In this document: positions 19,673-29,704 of the stretch, piece by piece
How positions within the stretch are numbered: the stretch's first letter is position 1
Layout of the letters: each line of letters starts with the position of its first letter
Assembly (NCBI GenBank): GCA_963815115.1
Contig: CAWFFN010000007.1
Location: 1,024,001-1,088,000, forward strand
DNA from: an uncultured delta proteobacterium
GTDB taxonomy: Bacteria; Desulfobacterota; Binatia; DP-6
Direction: 5' to 3'
DNA length: 64,000 nucleotides
Notes under the pieces: generated by a model
What the model was told of the DNA's origin: nothing
Databases searched by the model: none
The model's input: the letters and a program-made list of their open reading frames with translations, nothing else
Made by a program: the position numbers and the translations under genes

Positions 19673-20706
19673 CAGCCTGCGACCCTTCGAGCTCCCGGCG
19701 ATTCGATGACATCCTCGTCCGCCGGCAGGTGGCCTTCGCGGCGCAACCACGCCTCGCAGATGGCCATGCCGTCGTCGATCGAGGTACGCGGCGACCAGCC
19801 GAGCACCTGCCGCGCGCGGTCGATGTCGACGCTGGTTCGCTGCGCCATCAGGCGGACGTCCATGCCCTGCAGGCGTCGCGGTCGCTGCGTCAGCACCCCG
19901 TACACGCGCAGGATCTGCATCTCGAGCTTCGCGCGCCACAGCGGCACCGCCGGCGGCAGCGGCTTGTGGCACATGCGCGCGAAGTAGCCCAGGTACTCGG
20001 CCCACGTCACCGGGCGCTCGCCCGAGACCAGGCAGGCAGCACCGGCGACGCCCGGCGCTTCGGCGGCCGCGCACATGGCGTCGACCAGGTCTTCCACGAA
20101 GATCAGGTTCGCGAGCCCGCTGCCGCCGTCGACCAGGGCGACCTGCTCGAGCTTGACGCGCTCCAGATAGCCGACCACCCAGAGGGGCGCGGCCGGCCCG
20201 TACACCAGCGTCGGCCGCAGGGCCACCACCTCGACACCGCGGGCGCGGCCGAGCTCGAGCGCGAGGCGCTCGCCCTCCGCCTTGCTCACGCCGTAGGCGT
20301 CGCCGCGGCTGATCATCGGCGCGTCCTCGGTGAGCACGGCCGGCAGAGCGTCGCCGTGGACGGCCATGGTGCTCAAGTGCACGATGCGCCGCACGCCGGC
20401 CCTGGCCGCCGCCTCGATGACGTTGCGCGTGCCCTCGACGTTCACGCGGCGGGCGTCCTCGAGCGATTCACCGCCCCAGGCGCAGTGGAACACGACGTCG
20501 CATCCGGCCATGGCAGCCGGGAGCGACTCGGGGCGGGTGACGTCGCCGTGCACGCGCTCGAGCCCGGCGGCCGCCGGACCACCCGGGAGCCGCTGGCGCA
20601 CCAGCGCACGCACCGCCACGTGGCGGTCGAGCAGGCGGTCGACCACGCGCGTGCCGACGAAGCCGTTGGCGCCCGTGACGAGGACGCGTCGCATCCTGGG
20701 ACTCAT
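19672..20706 (-). CDS. NAD-dependent epimerase/dehydratase (extended SDR)
   Basis: VLVTGANGFVG, NVEGT, YGVSK (YxxxK), LRPTLVYGP. Confidence 0.92.
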   Translation of the reverse strand: MSPRMRRVLVTGANGFVGTRVVDRLLDRHVAVRALVRQRLPGGPAAAGLERVHGDVTRPESLPAAMAGCDVVFHCAWGGESLEDARRVNVEGTRNVIEAAARAGVRRIVHLSTMAVHGDALPAVLTEDAPMISRGDAYGVSKAEGERLALELGRARGVEVVALRPTLVYGPAAPLWVVGYLERVKLEQVALVDGGSGLANLIFVEDLVDAMCAAAEAPGVAGAACLVSGERPVTWAEYLGYFARMCHKPLPPAVPLWRAKLEMQILRVYGVLTQRPRRLQGMDVRLMAQRTSVDIDRARQVLGWSPRTSIDDGMAICEAWLRREGHLPADEDVIESPGARRVAG

Positions 20707-21683
20707 GCGGCGATCCTCCCGTAGCAGCTGTCGATGACGCCGATGGTGGCGCGGACCTCCGCGTCCCGCACCCGGAACGGCTCGCCGGTCTCGATCGCGC
20801 GGCAGAAGTGCGCGATCTGGGCGTCGTACATGTTGCGATCCTCGAGCAGCAGGGTCTGCATGCCGGCGCGCCGGCAGAGGCGCGCGTCCTCGGCGAACAC
20901 GGTCAGCTCGGTCGGCACGTAGAGCGAGGCGCGCGCCCAGCCGCGGGCGCCGCGCACCGTGAAGGAGTTGCCGAGCGGCGTCGAGAAGCTGGCCTGGAGC
21001 GACGCCTGTCCGTCGCCCGGGAAGCGAAGGCCGACCTCCGCGTCGGTCTCGACCTCCCAGCCGCTGGCGAAGGATCCGGCGTACTCGACGTGCGCCGGCG
21101 CCTTTCCCGCGATCCACACCGCGAGGTCGAGCACGTGGACGCCGAGGTCCATCAGCACGCCGCCGCCGGAGAGCGCGCGCTGGCGGCGGAAGTCGGTCCG
21201 GCAGGCGACGCCCTCGTAGGGACCGCCGATGCTCGCGCTCACGCGCTCGACCGGACCGAGCCAGCCCGCCTCGACGACCGTCTTCAGCATCTCGAGCTGC
21301 GGGCTGAAGCGCAGGCAGTGCGCCGTCATCAGGCGGCTTCCGCCGCGTGCCGCCGCCGCCAGCATGCGCTCGACCTCCTCGCCCGTGGTCGCGAGCGGCT
21401 TCTCGCACAGCACGTGAACGCCCTGCTCGAGGAGATCGCACGCGATGGCCGCATGGGTGGTGTTGGGCGTCGCGACCAGCACGGCGTCGACCTTGCCGAT
21501 CAGCCGGCGATAGTCGTCATAGGCCGCCGGCACGCCGGAGCGCTTGGCCACCTTGGCCGCCCATTCCCGGTCCCGGTCGACCAGGCCGACCAGCTGGAGC
21601 GAGGGACACCGGCGCAGGGCGGGGAGCTGGTGCAGGGTGACGATCGCACCGCATCCGACGATGCCGAAGCGCAGCGGCGTCAT
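20703..21683 (-). CDS. Gfo/Idh/MocA oxidoreductase
   Basis: FGIVGCGAI, HVLCEKPLA, GGGVLMDLGVH. Confidence 0.92.
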   Translation of the reverse strand: MTPLRFGIVGCGAIVTLHQLPALRRCPSLQLVGLVDRDREWAAKVAKRSGVPAAYDDYRRLIGKVDAVLVATPNTTHAAIACDLLEQGVHVLCEKPLATTGEEVERMLAAAARGGSRLMTAHCLRFSPQLEMLKTVVEAGWLGPVERVSASIGGPYEGVACRTDFRRQRALSGGGVLMDLGVHVLDLAVWIAGKAPAHVEYAGSFASGWEVETDAEVGLRFPGDGQASLQASFSTPLGNSFTVRGARGWARASLYVPTELTVFAEDARLCRRAGMQTLLLEDRNMYDAQIAHFCRAIETGEPFRVRDAEVRATIGVIDSCYGRIAA

Positions 21684-22552
21684 GCCGACTGCCTCCTGCC
21701 GGCCCGCGCCGACAGGCGCCGGCGCAGCGCCTGGGGAACCTTGCGCAGGTTGCGCGCGACGAGACCGGCGTCTTCCAGCGTGCGCCGCGCGGCGGCGGCC
21801 CCGTGCTCCCGCGCCGCGAGCACCGTGGCGCCGAGCGCGCCGGCGGCAACGCCGCGCAGGTCGGGCGCGACGTGCATGGCCTCCCACGACGCGACCAGCT
21901 CGTGGCGCGCGATGGCGCGGACGCCCGGCAGATCGCGCGGGTCGATGCCGGCGGCACGAGCGACCGCGCCTTCCACCAGCACGTCGCTCGGGCTCGCCAC
22001 CCACCAGTCGCCGGTCCCGGCGTGGGTGCCACAGGCGACCGCCAGGTCCGATGCGCCGAGGCGGTGCGCCTCGGACAGCAGCAGGCTGGTCGGCGCGCCC
22101 GGATTCAGGTGGGCGAGGATCTCGGCCTGCGCCTGGAGAACGCCGCCGATGCGCCAGCGGCGATCCGGGCGGACCGGAGCAACGGTGACGAGGAAGAAGG
22201 ACTCGAACCAGAGTCGCGGCACGTGCAGCGTGGAGCCCCGAGGACCGCGTACGACGACCGTGTCGTCGCGGTCGATGGTCAGCGTCGCCAGGCCGTTACG
22301 TTGGCCGCCACCCGACGCGAGGTCGAGGAGGTCGATGCGCAGCGCCGGCGAGCGCTCGCGCAGGGCGGCCGCGAGCGCCTGGGCCGTCTCGACCGCCAGG
22401 GAGGACTGGCCGCCCGAGCCGACGTGCAGGATGGCGCGCGAGGTGGCGCGCTCGAGCCAGCCGAGCGCGGCCACGCGGCCGACGAGGTCACGCAGGCGGG
22501 CCGCTCGGACCTGGCCGTCCTGCTCCAGGATCACCAATCTGGTTTCCGTCAC
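21680..22552 (-). CDS. Hypothetical protein, possibly a degenerate DUF362-like fold
   Basis: Coupled at both ends (GTGA/ATGA) with GGAGG RBS; HVPRLWFESFFLVTV and VASPSDVLVEGAVARAAGIDPRDLP loosely resemble DUF362 segments. Confidence 0.6.
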   Translation of the reverse strand: MTETRLVILEQDGQVRAARLRDLVGRVAALGWLERATSRAILHVGSGGQSSLAVETAQALAAALRERSPALRIDLLDLASGGGQRNGLATLTIDRDDTVVVRGPRGSTLHVPRLWFESFFLVTVAPVRPDRRWRIGGVLQAQAEILAHLNPGAPTSLLLSEAHRLGASDLAVACGTHAGTGDWWVASPSDVLVEGAVARAAGIDPRDLPGVRAIARHELVASWEAMHVAPDLRGVAAGALGATVLAAREHGAAAARRTLEDAGLVARNLRKVPQALRRRLSARAGRRQSA

Positions 22553-23355
22553 CACTCCTCCCTTTTCCGGCTCGAGATCAAGCGCCATACGAAGCGGGGG
22601 TTGCCCATCACGTAGCGGCGCCACAGCCTGCGAGGCTCGACGACGAGACGGAAGAGCCATTCGACCCGCAAGCGAAGCATCCAGCGAGGCGCGCGCGGGA
22701 CGCGGCCCGCGAGGTAGTCGAAGAGCGCGCCGACGCCGATCGAGACCGGCACGCCGAGCTGCGCGAGATGCGTCTCGATCCACTGCTCCTGGAGCGGGTT
22801 TCCCAGCGCCACCAGGAGGATGTGCGGCCGCGCGGCACGGACCTGCTGCACGACGCGCTCGAACGCTCCGTAGCCGGGCGCCGCGCCGACGATGCGAACG
22901 TGCCGGCCGCGCCGTGCCAGCATGCGGGCCGCCTGCTCCGTGACCTCCTGACGGCCGCCGAAGAGGAAGACGCGGACTTCGGCCGGACCGAGCGCGGCGA
23001 GCAGCTCCGGGACGAAGTCCGTCCCGACGAAGTTGTGTCCCGCGTCCGCGCGGGCGAGACGCGCAGCGAGCTCGATGCCCGCCCCGTCGCGCAGGACCAG
23101 ATCCGCCTCCTGGAGGAGGCCACGGTAGGCCGGATCACCACAGGCCAGGTTGAGCGTGTGGGCGTTGGCCAGGACCACCTGGTGCGGGCGCCCCGTCGCG
23201 ATCATGCCACGCACCCGCCCGACGGCCCCGGAGAACGAGCACAGCGTGAACGGCACGCCGAGGACGACGAGCTGCCGGCCGTCGTCGCCGGTCGGCTGCT
23301 CGCGGCGGTGCGTGATCCGCTCGGGGGCCGGCGTGCTCATGCTGGGTGAGCCCAT
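22549..23355 (-). CDS. WecB/TagA/CpsF (WecG-type, GT26) glycosyltransferase
   Basis: ANAHTL, DGAGI, GTDF, LVALGNPLQEQW, GVGALFD, RAPRWM..EWLFRL.VEPRRLWRRY. Confidence 0.93.
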   Translation of the reverse strand: MGSPSMSTPAPERITHRREQPTGDDGRQLVVLGVPFTLCSFSGAVGRVRGMIATGRPHQVVLANAHTLNLACGDPAYRGLLQEADLVLRDGAGIELAARLARADAGHNFVGTDFVPELLAALGPAEVRVFLFGGRQEVTEQAARMLARRGRHVRIVGAAPGYGAFERVVQQVRAARPHILLVALGNPLQEQWIETHLAQLGVPVSIGVGALFDYLAGRVPRAPRWMLRLRVEWLFRLVVEPRRLWRRYVMGNPRFVWRLISSRKREEW

Positions 23356-23356
23356 G

Positions 23357-24427
23357 TCAGCCGATCCTCGCGAGCGTCCCGGCGGCGGAGGCGAAGTCGG
23401 GACGGTAATCCTGCTCGCACGCGATCGTGTCGCCCAGGCGGAGCTGGCGTGGATCGCGCGGGCGCTCGAGAAAGCCGCGGATCATCGGCGGCGTCCACAC
23501 CGCCCAGTCCGCAATCAGGAGGAACGGCTTGGTGAGGCTCCGGCTGCGCGCGATGAAGAGCACGACCAGGAGCACGCCCAGGAAGAGCGGCGCAAGGAGC
23601 AAACCCTGGTTGCCCGTCAGCACGCTCGCGAGGCCGGCAACCAGGCCGAACGCGACCACCGCCTGGAACTGGAGATATCGCTTCATGCTGCGGGCGTGAG
23701 CGAGGAAGGTCCCCTGTCCGAGGGCCACGCGCAGGGTCTGCCCGTAGCCCTTGATGAGGTTCTCCCGGTAGCGGCGGCCGAGTTCCTGCAGGCTGCCGCG
23801 CGGACCGGTGCGGTGCGTACCCATGACGACCGGGAGCCGCATCACCGCGAAGCCGCTCTTGCGCAGGCGCGCCGCGAGCTCTGCCTCCTCGTAGGAGACG
23901 ATGAAGGGGTTGAAGGAGCCGACGCCGGCGAGCGCGACGCGCCGGTAGATCGCATTGCCTCCCAGCCCCTCGACCGCGGCCGGGGCGTCACCCGAGGCGA
24001 AGACGTCGGCGTTGCGGCCGACCAGGCGGCCGTCCTGGTAGTAGGCCTCGGGCAGCTTGCCGTCCACGGCCGCGACGTCCGGATGGGTCTCGAGAAACTC
24101 CAGGGCCGTCGCCACCCACGCCGCGTCGATCTCCGTGTCGCCATCGACGAAGAGGATGTAGCGGCTGCGCGTGGCCTCCTGGCCGACCAGACGTCCGAGC
24201 GCCGGCGAGAGCGGCGCGTCGGGGCGCAGCTCGATCAGCCGGATGGGCTGCCGGCGCGCGCGCTCCACGGTCCGGTCGCTGGAGCACGAGTCGACCAGCA
24301 CCACCTCGCTGCCGGCAAACGGCGCCACGGCCGCGACCGCCGAGCGCAGGGAGCTCTCGATCCACTGCTCCTCGTTCCGGCTGATCACCACCGCCGCCAC
24401 CAGCGGCTCGTTGCCGATCAATTCCAT
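23357..24427 (-). CDS. GT2 glycosyltransferase
   Basis: VVISRNE, VDSCSSD, ILFVDGD, SYEEAEL; C-terminal TMs. Confidence 0.88.
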   Translation of the reverse strand: MELIGNEPLVAAVVISRNEEQWIESSLRSAVAAVAPFAGSEVVLVDSCSSDRTVERARRQPIRLIELRPDAPLSPALGRLVGQEATRSRYILFVDGDTEIDAAWVATALEFLETHPDVAAVDGKLPEAYYQDGRLVGRNADVFASGDAPAAVEGLGGNAIYRRVALAGVGSFNPFIVSYEEAELAARLRKSGFAVMRLPVVMGTHRTGPRGSLQELGRRYRENLIKGYGQTLRVALGQGTFLAHARSMKRYLQFQAVVAFGLVAGLASVLTGNQGLLLAPLFLGVLLVVLFIARSRSLTKPFLLIADWAVWTPPMIRGFLERPRDPRQLRLGDTIACEQDYRPDFASAAGTLARIG

Positions 24428-25311
24428 ACGCCGGACTCCAGCGCCTCTCGATAGGTGGTCACGCGGCGCGCGGCCGCGATGGTCGCGAGGGTCTCGCGCA
24501 GCAGCGTCCGCTTTCGGGCGAGCGAGTCGCGCATGCCCGGATGGCGCTCCATGCGCGGGTCGACCGCGTCGTGATGCAGATCGAGCAGGTCGGCGGCGTG
24601 GAACTCGTAGAACACGGGCAGCGACGAGCGCAGCAGCGCATCGAGGTTCCGTCGGAACAGTCGCTCCGACACGAAGTAGGCGAACGTGTGATAGACCGGG
24701 AAGCGGAGCCACCGCGTCACCGCGATGGGAAATTCGGCCAGACCGCCCTTCCCGTCGTGCAGCATGTGCGGCCATGACGGCGCGAAGGCGTGGCCCAGCA
24801 CGTCCATGCCGAGAATCGAGCGCTTGCGGGTGCCGCGCCGGTAGGTCGCGAGCCGGCTGGCGAGGAGCGCGGGGGTCGGGAAGATCGACGAGTCGTAGCG
24901 GTACCCGGCCTCGCGCACCATGCGCAGCACGCGACGATCGACGTCCCAGGCCGGCGCCCGGAAGCCGATCACATCGCTCCCGATCGCCGCCGACAGGCGT
25001 CGGCGCGAGCCGTCGATCTCCTCGCGCAGCTCGGCGTCGCCGAGCGCGCTGAAGGGCTGCGGATGGGTGAGGGAATGGCTCGCCACCTCGTGCCCTGCCG
25101 CGACGGCCCTGCGCAGGAGGTCCTGCTGCGCCTCGGCGTCCCGGCCGATCGTGAACAGCACCCCGGGAACCCCGAGCTGGTCGAAGAGCTCGAGCAGGCG
25201 CGGGAGGGCGGTGCGATAGATCAGGTCGCACGGGGGCAGGTCGTCGAAGCCGTACCCCTGGAGGTGGCGGTCGATCGTGTCCAGGTCGCAGGAGAGGACG
25301 GCGTAGCTCAT
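24418..25311 (-). CDS. Polysaccharide deacetylase (CE4-like, EPS-locus type)
   Basis: LSCDLD, GHEVASHSLTH, IGFRAPAW, YDSSIFP, EFHAAD. Confidence 0.88.
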   Translation of the reverse strand: MSYAVLSCDLDTIDRHLQGYGFDDLPPCDLIYRTALPRLLELFDQLGVPGVLFTIGRDAEAQQDLLRRAVAAGHEVASHSLTHPQPFSALGDAELREEIDGSRRRLSAAIGSDVIGFRAPAWDVDRRVLRMVREAGYRYDSSIFPTPALLASRLATYRRGTRKRSILGMDVLGHAFAPSWPHMLHDGKGGLAEFPIAVTRWLRFPVYHTFAYFVSERLFRRNLDALLRSSLPVFYEFHAADLLDLHHDAVDPRMERHPGMRDSLARKRTLLRETLATIAAARRVTTYREALESGVWN

Positions 25312-26567
25312 GCCACGGCTCGCTTCCGGCCGAGGCTGTCCACCGCCGCGCGCACGGCTCCGGCGATGAACGCGACGTGCTCGTCCGTGTAGAACTCGTT
25401 CCAGGGCAGCACGACGACCCGCTCGAGGGCCCGCATGGTATCGGGATAGTCGGCCGGGTCGTAGGTGACGTCGGAGCCGCCGTCGCGCACCCGCGAGGCC
25501 CAGGGATACTGGCTTCTGCCGAACGTCTTTCGTTTCATGAATACCTGACACATGAAGGCCGGCTTCTGGATGTAGCGCGGCGCACAGAACACACCCTGCG
25601 CCTTCAAGGCGCCCCCGAGTGCATCTGCCCCGCCCTCGATCACCTCGGGGTCGACCATCAAGGGATACTTCCAGTAGACGTGCGTCGCTCCCGCAATTGG
25701 TCGAGGCGGCGTAATCCCTGGCAGATCAGCCAGTTGTGTCGTCAGCTTGGCAGCCGAGGCACGCCGGCGCGCCACCACGCGGTCGAGTTTCCCGAGCTGG
25801 GCACGGGCGACCGCACCCTGCAGGTCGGTCATGCGATAGTTCAGCGCGAGGAAGTAGTGATCTGGCTGCGGATCGCCGTACCCCCACGCCTTGTCGCTGA
25901 AGAGTGTCATCCAGCGGGCGTAAGCCGGGTCGGAGGTGATGGTGACGCCGCCCTCCCCCGTCGTCATGTGCTTGCCCTGCTGCAGGCTGAAGGCGCCGAT
26001 CGCGCCGATGGTGCCCACCAGCCGGCCGTCCTGCGTCGCGAGGTAGGCCTGCGCGCAGTCCTCGATCACGGGGATGCCGCGCGCATCGGCCAGCAGCTTG
26101 ATGCCGATCACGTCGCATGGGCTGCCGAAGAGATGGGTGACGATGATGGCCCGCGTGCGCGGCGTGATGCGAGCGGCCACCGTCTCGGGCGTGACGTTCA
26201 GGGTCACGGGGTCGACGTCGGCGAACACCGGAATCGCCTGCTGGTAGAGGATCGGGGAGATCGCGCCCATGTCCGTGATCGAGGTCGTGATGATCTCGTC
26301 GCCCGGCTCGGGATCGATGGCCGCGATCGCGGTGTGGCAGGCTGCCGTACCGGAGGTGACGGCGCGCGCGTGCGGCACCCCGTAGCGCTCGGCGAACGCA
26401 CGCTCGAACGCCTTCACCTGCGTGCCTTTCGTGCAGTTGAGGACGCCGGAGTCGATCACCTCGCGCAGGAGGGCGATCTCGTCGTCGCCCAGGTCGCGCC
26501 CGGTATGGTCGGCGTCCGAGGGGAGTGCCGTCGTGTTCATCATGGGGAAGCTCATGGGGAAACTCAT
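25308..26567 (-). CDS. DegT/DnrJ/EryC1/StrS sugar aminotransferase
   Basis: TSGTAA, EDCAQA, FSLQQGKHMTTGEGG, NYRMTDLQ. Confidence 0.93.
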   Translation of the reverse strand: MSFPMSFPMMNTTALPSDADHTGRDLGDDEIALLREVIDSGVLNCTKGTQVKAFERAFAERYGVPHARAVTSGTAACHTAIAAIDPEPGDEIITTSITDMGAISPILYQQAIPVFADVDPVTLNVTPETVAARITPRTRAIIVTHLFGSPCDVIGIKLLADARGIPVIEDCAQAYLATQDGRLVGTIGAIGAFSLQQGKHMTTGEGGVTITSDPAYARWMTLFSDKAWGYGDPQPDHYFLALNYRMTDLQGAVARAQLGKLDRVVARRRASAAKLTTQLADLPGITPPRPIAGATHVYWKYPLMVDPEVIEGGADALGGALKAQGVFCAPRYIQKPAFMCQVFMKRKTFGRSQYPWASRVRDGGSDVTYDPADYPDTMRALERVVVLPWNEFYTDEHVAFIAGAVRAAVDSLGRKRAVA

Positions 26568-26576
26568 GGGGAAGCT
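26541..26576. repeat. Three tandem 12-nt repeats (catggggaa[g/a]ct) across the aminotransferase start
   Basis: catggggaagct catggggaaact catggggaagct; encodes MSFP-MSFP-M. Confidence 0.9.
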
Positions 26577-26606
26577 CGGGGTCGCTGATCGAGGTCGAGG
26601 GATCGG

Positions 26607-27980
26607 TCAGCGCGCCGCCGCAGCGCGGCCGAGATCGTCGAGCAGGGTCGTGACGGTCTCGGCTGCGAGCGCAACGCTGGTGTTCCACGCGGTGACGCGC
26701 GGGTAGGCCTGAGCGGTGGTGCAGAGATAGAGCCGGCTGAGCCCGACGCGAGGAGCGGGGCGCCGGCGCAGGTAGCCGAGCGTCCATGCCGGCTCGACGT
26801 GCGGAGCGCGGAAGACGTACACCGCCTCCACATCCTGGCGTCGGAAGCGGGGGTAGAGGGTCGCCAGCCCGGCGGTCGCCTGCCCGGCAATGACGTCGTC
26901 GGAGCGGTTGTAGAGCTCGCTGCCGGCGTCGCAGTAGTTCATCAGGTAGCAGAGGTGCCGGCCGCCGGTCCATTCCGGCTTGATCACGTGGGTGGTCTCC
27001 ACCACCCCCTGGAAGGGAAAGCGGGGATCGACCACGGCGGTCCAGTAGAAGCGCTCGAGCCGCTGGCGCGACACCACCAGTGCGTTGACGACGCCCTGGT
27101 ACTCGAGCTCGGGCAGCGGCACGGCCGCGCCGAGCGCGCCCCGGGAGATGCGCGTCAGCAGGGGCAACGGGAGCGTCGAGACCACGCCGTCGAAGCGCTC
27201 CGTACCCGCGGCGGTGGTCACGCGCACGTCGTCCGCCGTCTCCGTGACGGCATTCACCGGACAGCGCAGGCGGACGTCGCCGCCGCGCGCGATGACGGCG
27301 CCGCGCAATGCCTCGGCCAGGCCGCGGTAGCCGCAGCGCAGGTAACCCTTGACCTCCTGGCCGCCGTCCTTCTCCCGGTTGAGCGTGTTCCACACCCAGT
27401 ACGCCGGCACGCCGTCGCGGCGATCGCCGAACTTGGCGCGCAGCAGCGGATCCCAGATGCGCTCGAACACGCGCGGTCCGAACAGGCCGCGCAGCCAGTC
27501 CACCGCCCGGATGTCGTCCAGGTCGACGCCGCGGCGCTTGAGCTTGGTGATGTAGAGCGCGCCCAGGCCCGTCCGCAGCCGATCCGGCAGGCCGAGGGCG
27601 CGGAACTTGAGAAGATCGAGGGGCGTGTTGAAGCCGTAGAGCTCCCCGTCGACGAGAAACCCCATCCCCGTCTCGCTCCAGTGCAGCTGATCGGCGAGGT
27701 CCATCTCGCCGATCAGCCCGATCAGCTCCGCGTCGCTGTCGAGAATGACGTGGTAGTAACGATCGATGCTGTAGCCGCGGTGCTCGAAGTGCGTGCCGAG
27801 GCCGCCGACCTGCCCGGCAGCCTCGAAGATCACGGGACGATGACCGGCCTTGGCGAGGAAGTGGGCCGACGCCAGCCCGGCGATCCCGCCACCGAGAACG
27901 GCGACGCGTAGCGGGCGCCAGCCGCCGCTCACGAGCCGCAGCGGGGGGCGCTCGTCCGAATGCGCGGTCCGCACGTTCAC
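26607..27980 (-). CDS. NAD(P)/FAD-dependent oxidoreductase (amine oxidase/protoporphyrinogen oxidase-like family found in sugar loci)
   Basis: VAVLGGGIAGL, FEAAGQVGGL, DRYYH, PLLRAKFG; AGGAGG RBS, GTGA coupling. Confidence 0.88.
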   Translation of the reverse strand: MNVRTAHSDERPPLRLVSGGWRPLRVAVLGGGIAGLASAHFLAKAGHRPVIFEAAGQVGGLGTHFEHRGYSIDRYYHVILDSDAELIGLIGEMDLADQLHWSETGMGFLVDGELYGFNTPLDLLKFRALGLPDRLRTGLGALYITKLKRRGVDLDDIRAVDWLRGLFGPRVFERIWDPLLRAKFGDRRDGVPAYWVWNTLNREKDGGQEVKGYLRCGYRGLAEALRGAVIARGGDVRLRCPVNAVTETADDVRVTTAAGTERFDGVVSTLPLPLLTRISRGALGAAVPLPELEYQGVVNALVVSRQRLERFYWTAVVDPRFPFQGVVETTHVIKPEWTGGRHLCYLMNYCDAGSELYNRSDDVIAGQATAGLATLYPRFRRQDVEAVYVFRAPHVEPAWTLGYLRRRPAPRVGLSRLYLCTTAQAYPRVTAWNTSVALAAETVTTLLDDLGRAAAAR

Positions 27981-29704
27981 GACGCCTCCTGGACCCGGAA
28001 CTCGGACCCTGGAAGACCGCGCTCCAGGCGGCCGAGGGCGATGCTCTGCCCCGGCTCGAGGAGCGGGACGGGCAGCGACAGCGTCTCCGATTCGCGCTCC
28101 ACCAGGATGCGCGCACCCGCCATCGGCAGGCGACCCTCGTTGGCGACGACCAGCCGATCCGCGACGACGCGCACGACCACGTGCTCGCGCGCCGCCCACC
28201 AGCGAGCGACGTCGCCGGCATTCGCCAGCCACACGTCGGGCCGGTCGAGCTGTCGCCGGACGAACGCCAGGTGGGCGCCTCGGCGTGCCGAATCGCGGTC
28301 GCCGAACACGCCGCCGTGCACGATGCCGACGTAGAGCCCACCGGTCTCGCCCACGAACGCGATCTTGGCGCGGACGGCCCGGCGAAGCTGGCGGATGTCG
28401 TCGCCCTGGAACAGCGGCTGGATGCAATCGGGCGCGCTCACCGGCAGCTCGAGGCACGCACTCGGCCGCAGGCGCCCGTCGCTGGCGACGATCGGCGGGC
28501 GATACGGCACGTTGACACGCACGCCGCCGCCGAAGTGATCGAGGCTCTCCCGATCGACGTCCGGGTACGACGAGTCGTACTCGAATCCCAGGCGATCGAG
28601 CGCCCAGACGAGGTCGGGAGAGCGGTCGAGGCGCGGGCTGCGAAAGCCGGTGATGGCACGATCGAGTCGTCGCTCGAGCATGGCGCGGGCGCGCTCGATG
28701 CCGGCGGCGATGTCGATCCGGGAACCGTCGAGCGTCTCGCCGCGATGCTCGAGCCCGTGGCACAGTACCTCCGCGCGGCGCAGGCCGGCTTCCGAACGCA
28801 CGAAGAGCGATCGGCTGGCCGGCCCGGCCACCAGGCCGAAGGTCGGGGGGTGTCCGCTACGCGCCACGCTGGAGAGAAGCTGCTCGAGCCCGGCGGTGTA
28901 GGCGTAGATGGACGGCTCGATGTCGTGCGTCAGGATGGCCGCCGAGTCGTAGGGAGCAGGCCAGCGCGCCAGCCGCACCAGCTCGCCGCCCGCTCGACGG
29001 ATCAGCGCCTTCAGCAGCTCGATGAGCAGCCAGCCGCTCGGATCCACCGGATACGTGCTGGCGCACGGGCCGAGGCCTCGCAGATGGCGATCGAGGCGCG
29101 CGTAGCTGCGGCGTTGCACGACGCGCCGGACGGCATCGGGGGCGCGGTAGTAGAGCGCCAGCGCGGAGCGCGTCGCACCGGGACGCAGCGAGCGCTTCGC
29201 CGGCTCGGGAAGGTACCCCTCGGTGATGAGATCGGTGAGCGCCGCGCCGAGGTCCAGCAGACACCACACCTGCGAGCCGCGCTGGACGACTGCCGGCGCA
29301 CGCCGCCCGTGGCCGTCGTGGACGGTCGCCAGCACGGTGCCGCCGAGCCCCGACGGCGCGAGATGGGCGGTGGCCCGCGGCAGGTCCAGCATGCCATCGG
29401 CATGGGAGCGCGCGAGGCGGCGGACGGCGGCCGGCCAGATCGGCTCGTCCAGCGAGATGCCGAGCGGGACGTCGGCCAGCGCCGGGAGGGGACCCTCGAT
29501 CCCGTCGTGCCCGCCGAGCACGACCGTCGGGACCTGGCGCGCGAGCTCGGCGGCGGCGCCGTCGAGCTGATCCGCGGTCACCACCAGCACGCGGCCCTCG
29601 AACTCGGCCGCGCGAGCGATGCGGCGCGCCGGAATCCCCTCGATGGCGAGCGCGGTCGCGATCCCGAAGCCGCGCCGGTCGTCGGCGATGAGCAGGTCGA
29701 TCAC
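27977..29704 (-). CDS. Polysaccharide deacetylase-like protein with N-terminal extension
   Basis: WPAPYDSAAILTHDIE, HGLEH, GFRSP, FEYDSS, LELPVS..D, HG. Confidence 0.75.
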   Translation of the reverse strand: MIDLLIADDRRGFGIATALAIEGIPARRIARAAEFEGRVLVVTADQLDGAAAELARQVPTVVLGGHDGIEGPLPALADVPLGISLDEPIWPAAVRRLARSHADGMLDLPRATAHLAPSGLGGTVLATVHDGHGRRAPAVVQRGSQVWCLLDLGAALTDLITEGYLPEPAKRSLRPGATRSALALYYRAPDAVRRVVQRRSYARLDRHLRGLGPCASTYPVDPSGWLLIELLKALIRRAGGELVRLARWPAPYDSAAILTHDIEPSIYAYTAGLEQLLSSVARSGHPPTFGLVAGPASRSLFVRSEAGLRRAEVLCHGLEHRGETLDGSRIDIAAGIERARAMLERRLDRAITGFRSPRLDRSPDLVWALDRLGFEYDSSYPDVDRESLDHFGGGVRVNVPYRPPIVASDGRLRPSACLELPVSAPDCIQPLFQGDDIRQLRRAVRAKIAFVGETGGLYVGIVHGGVFGDRDSARRGAHLAFVRRQLDRPDVWLANAGDVARWWAAREHVVVRVVADRLVVANEGRLPMAGARILVERESETLSLPVPLLEPGQSIALGRLERGLPGSEFRVQEAS

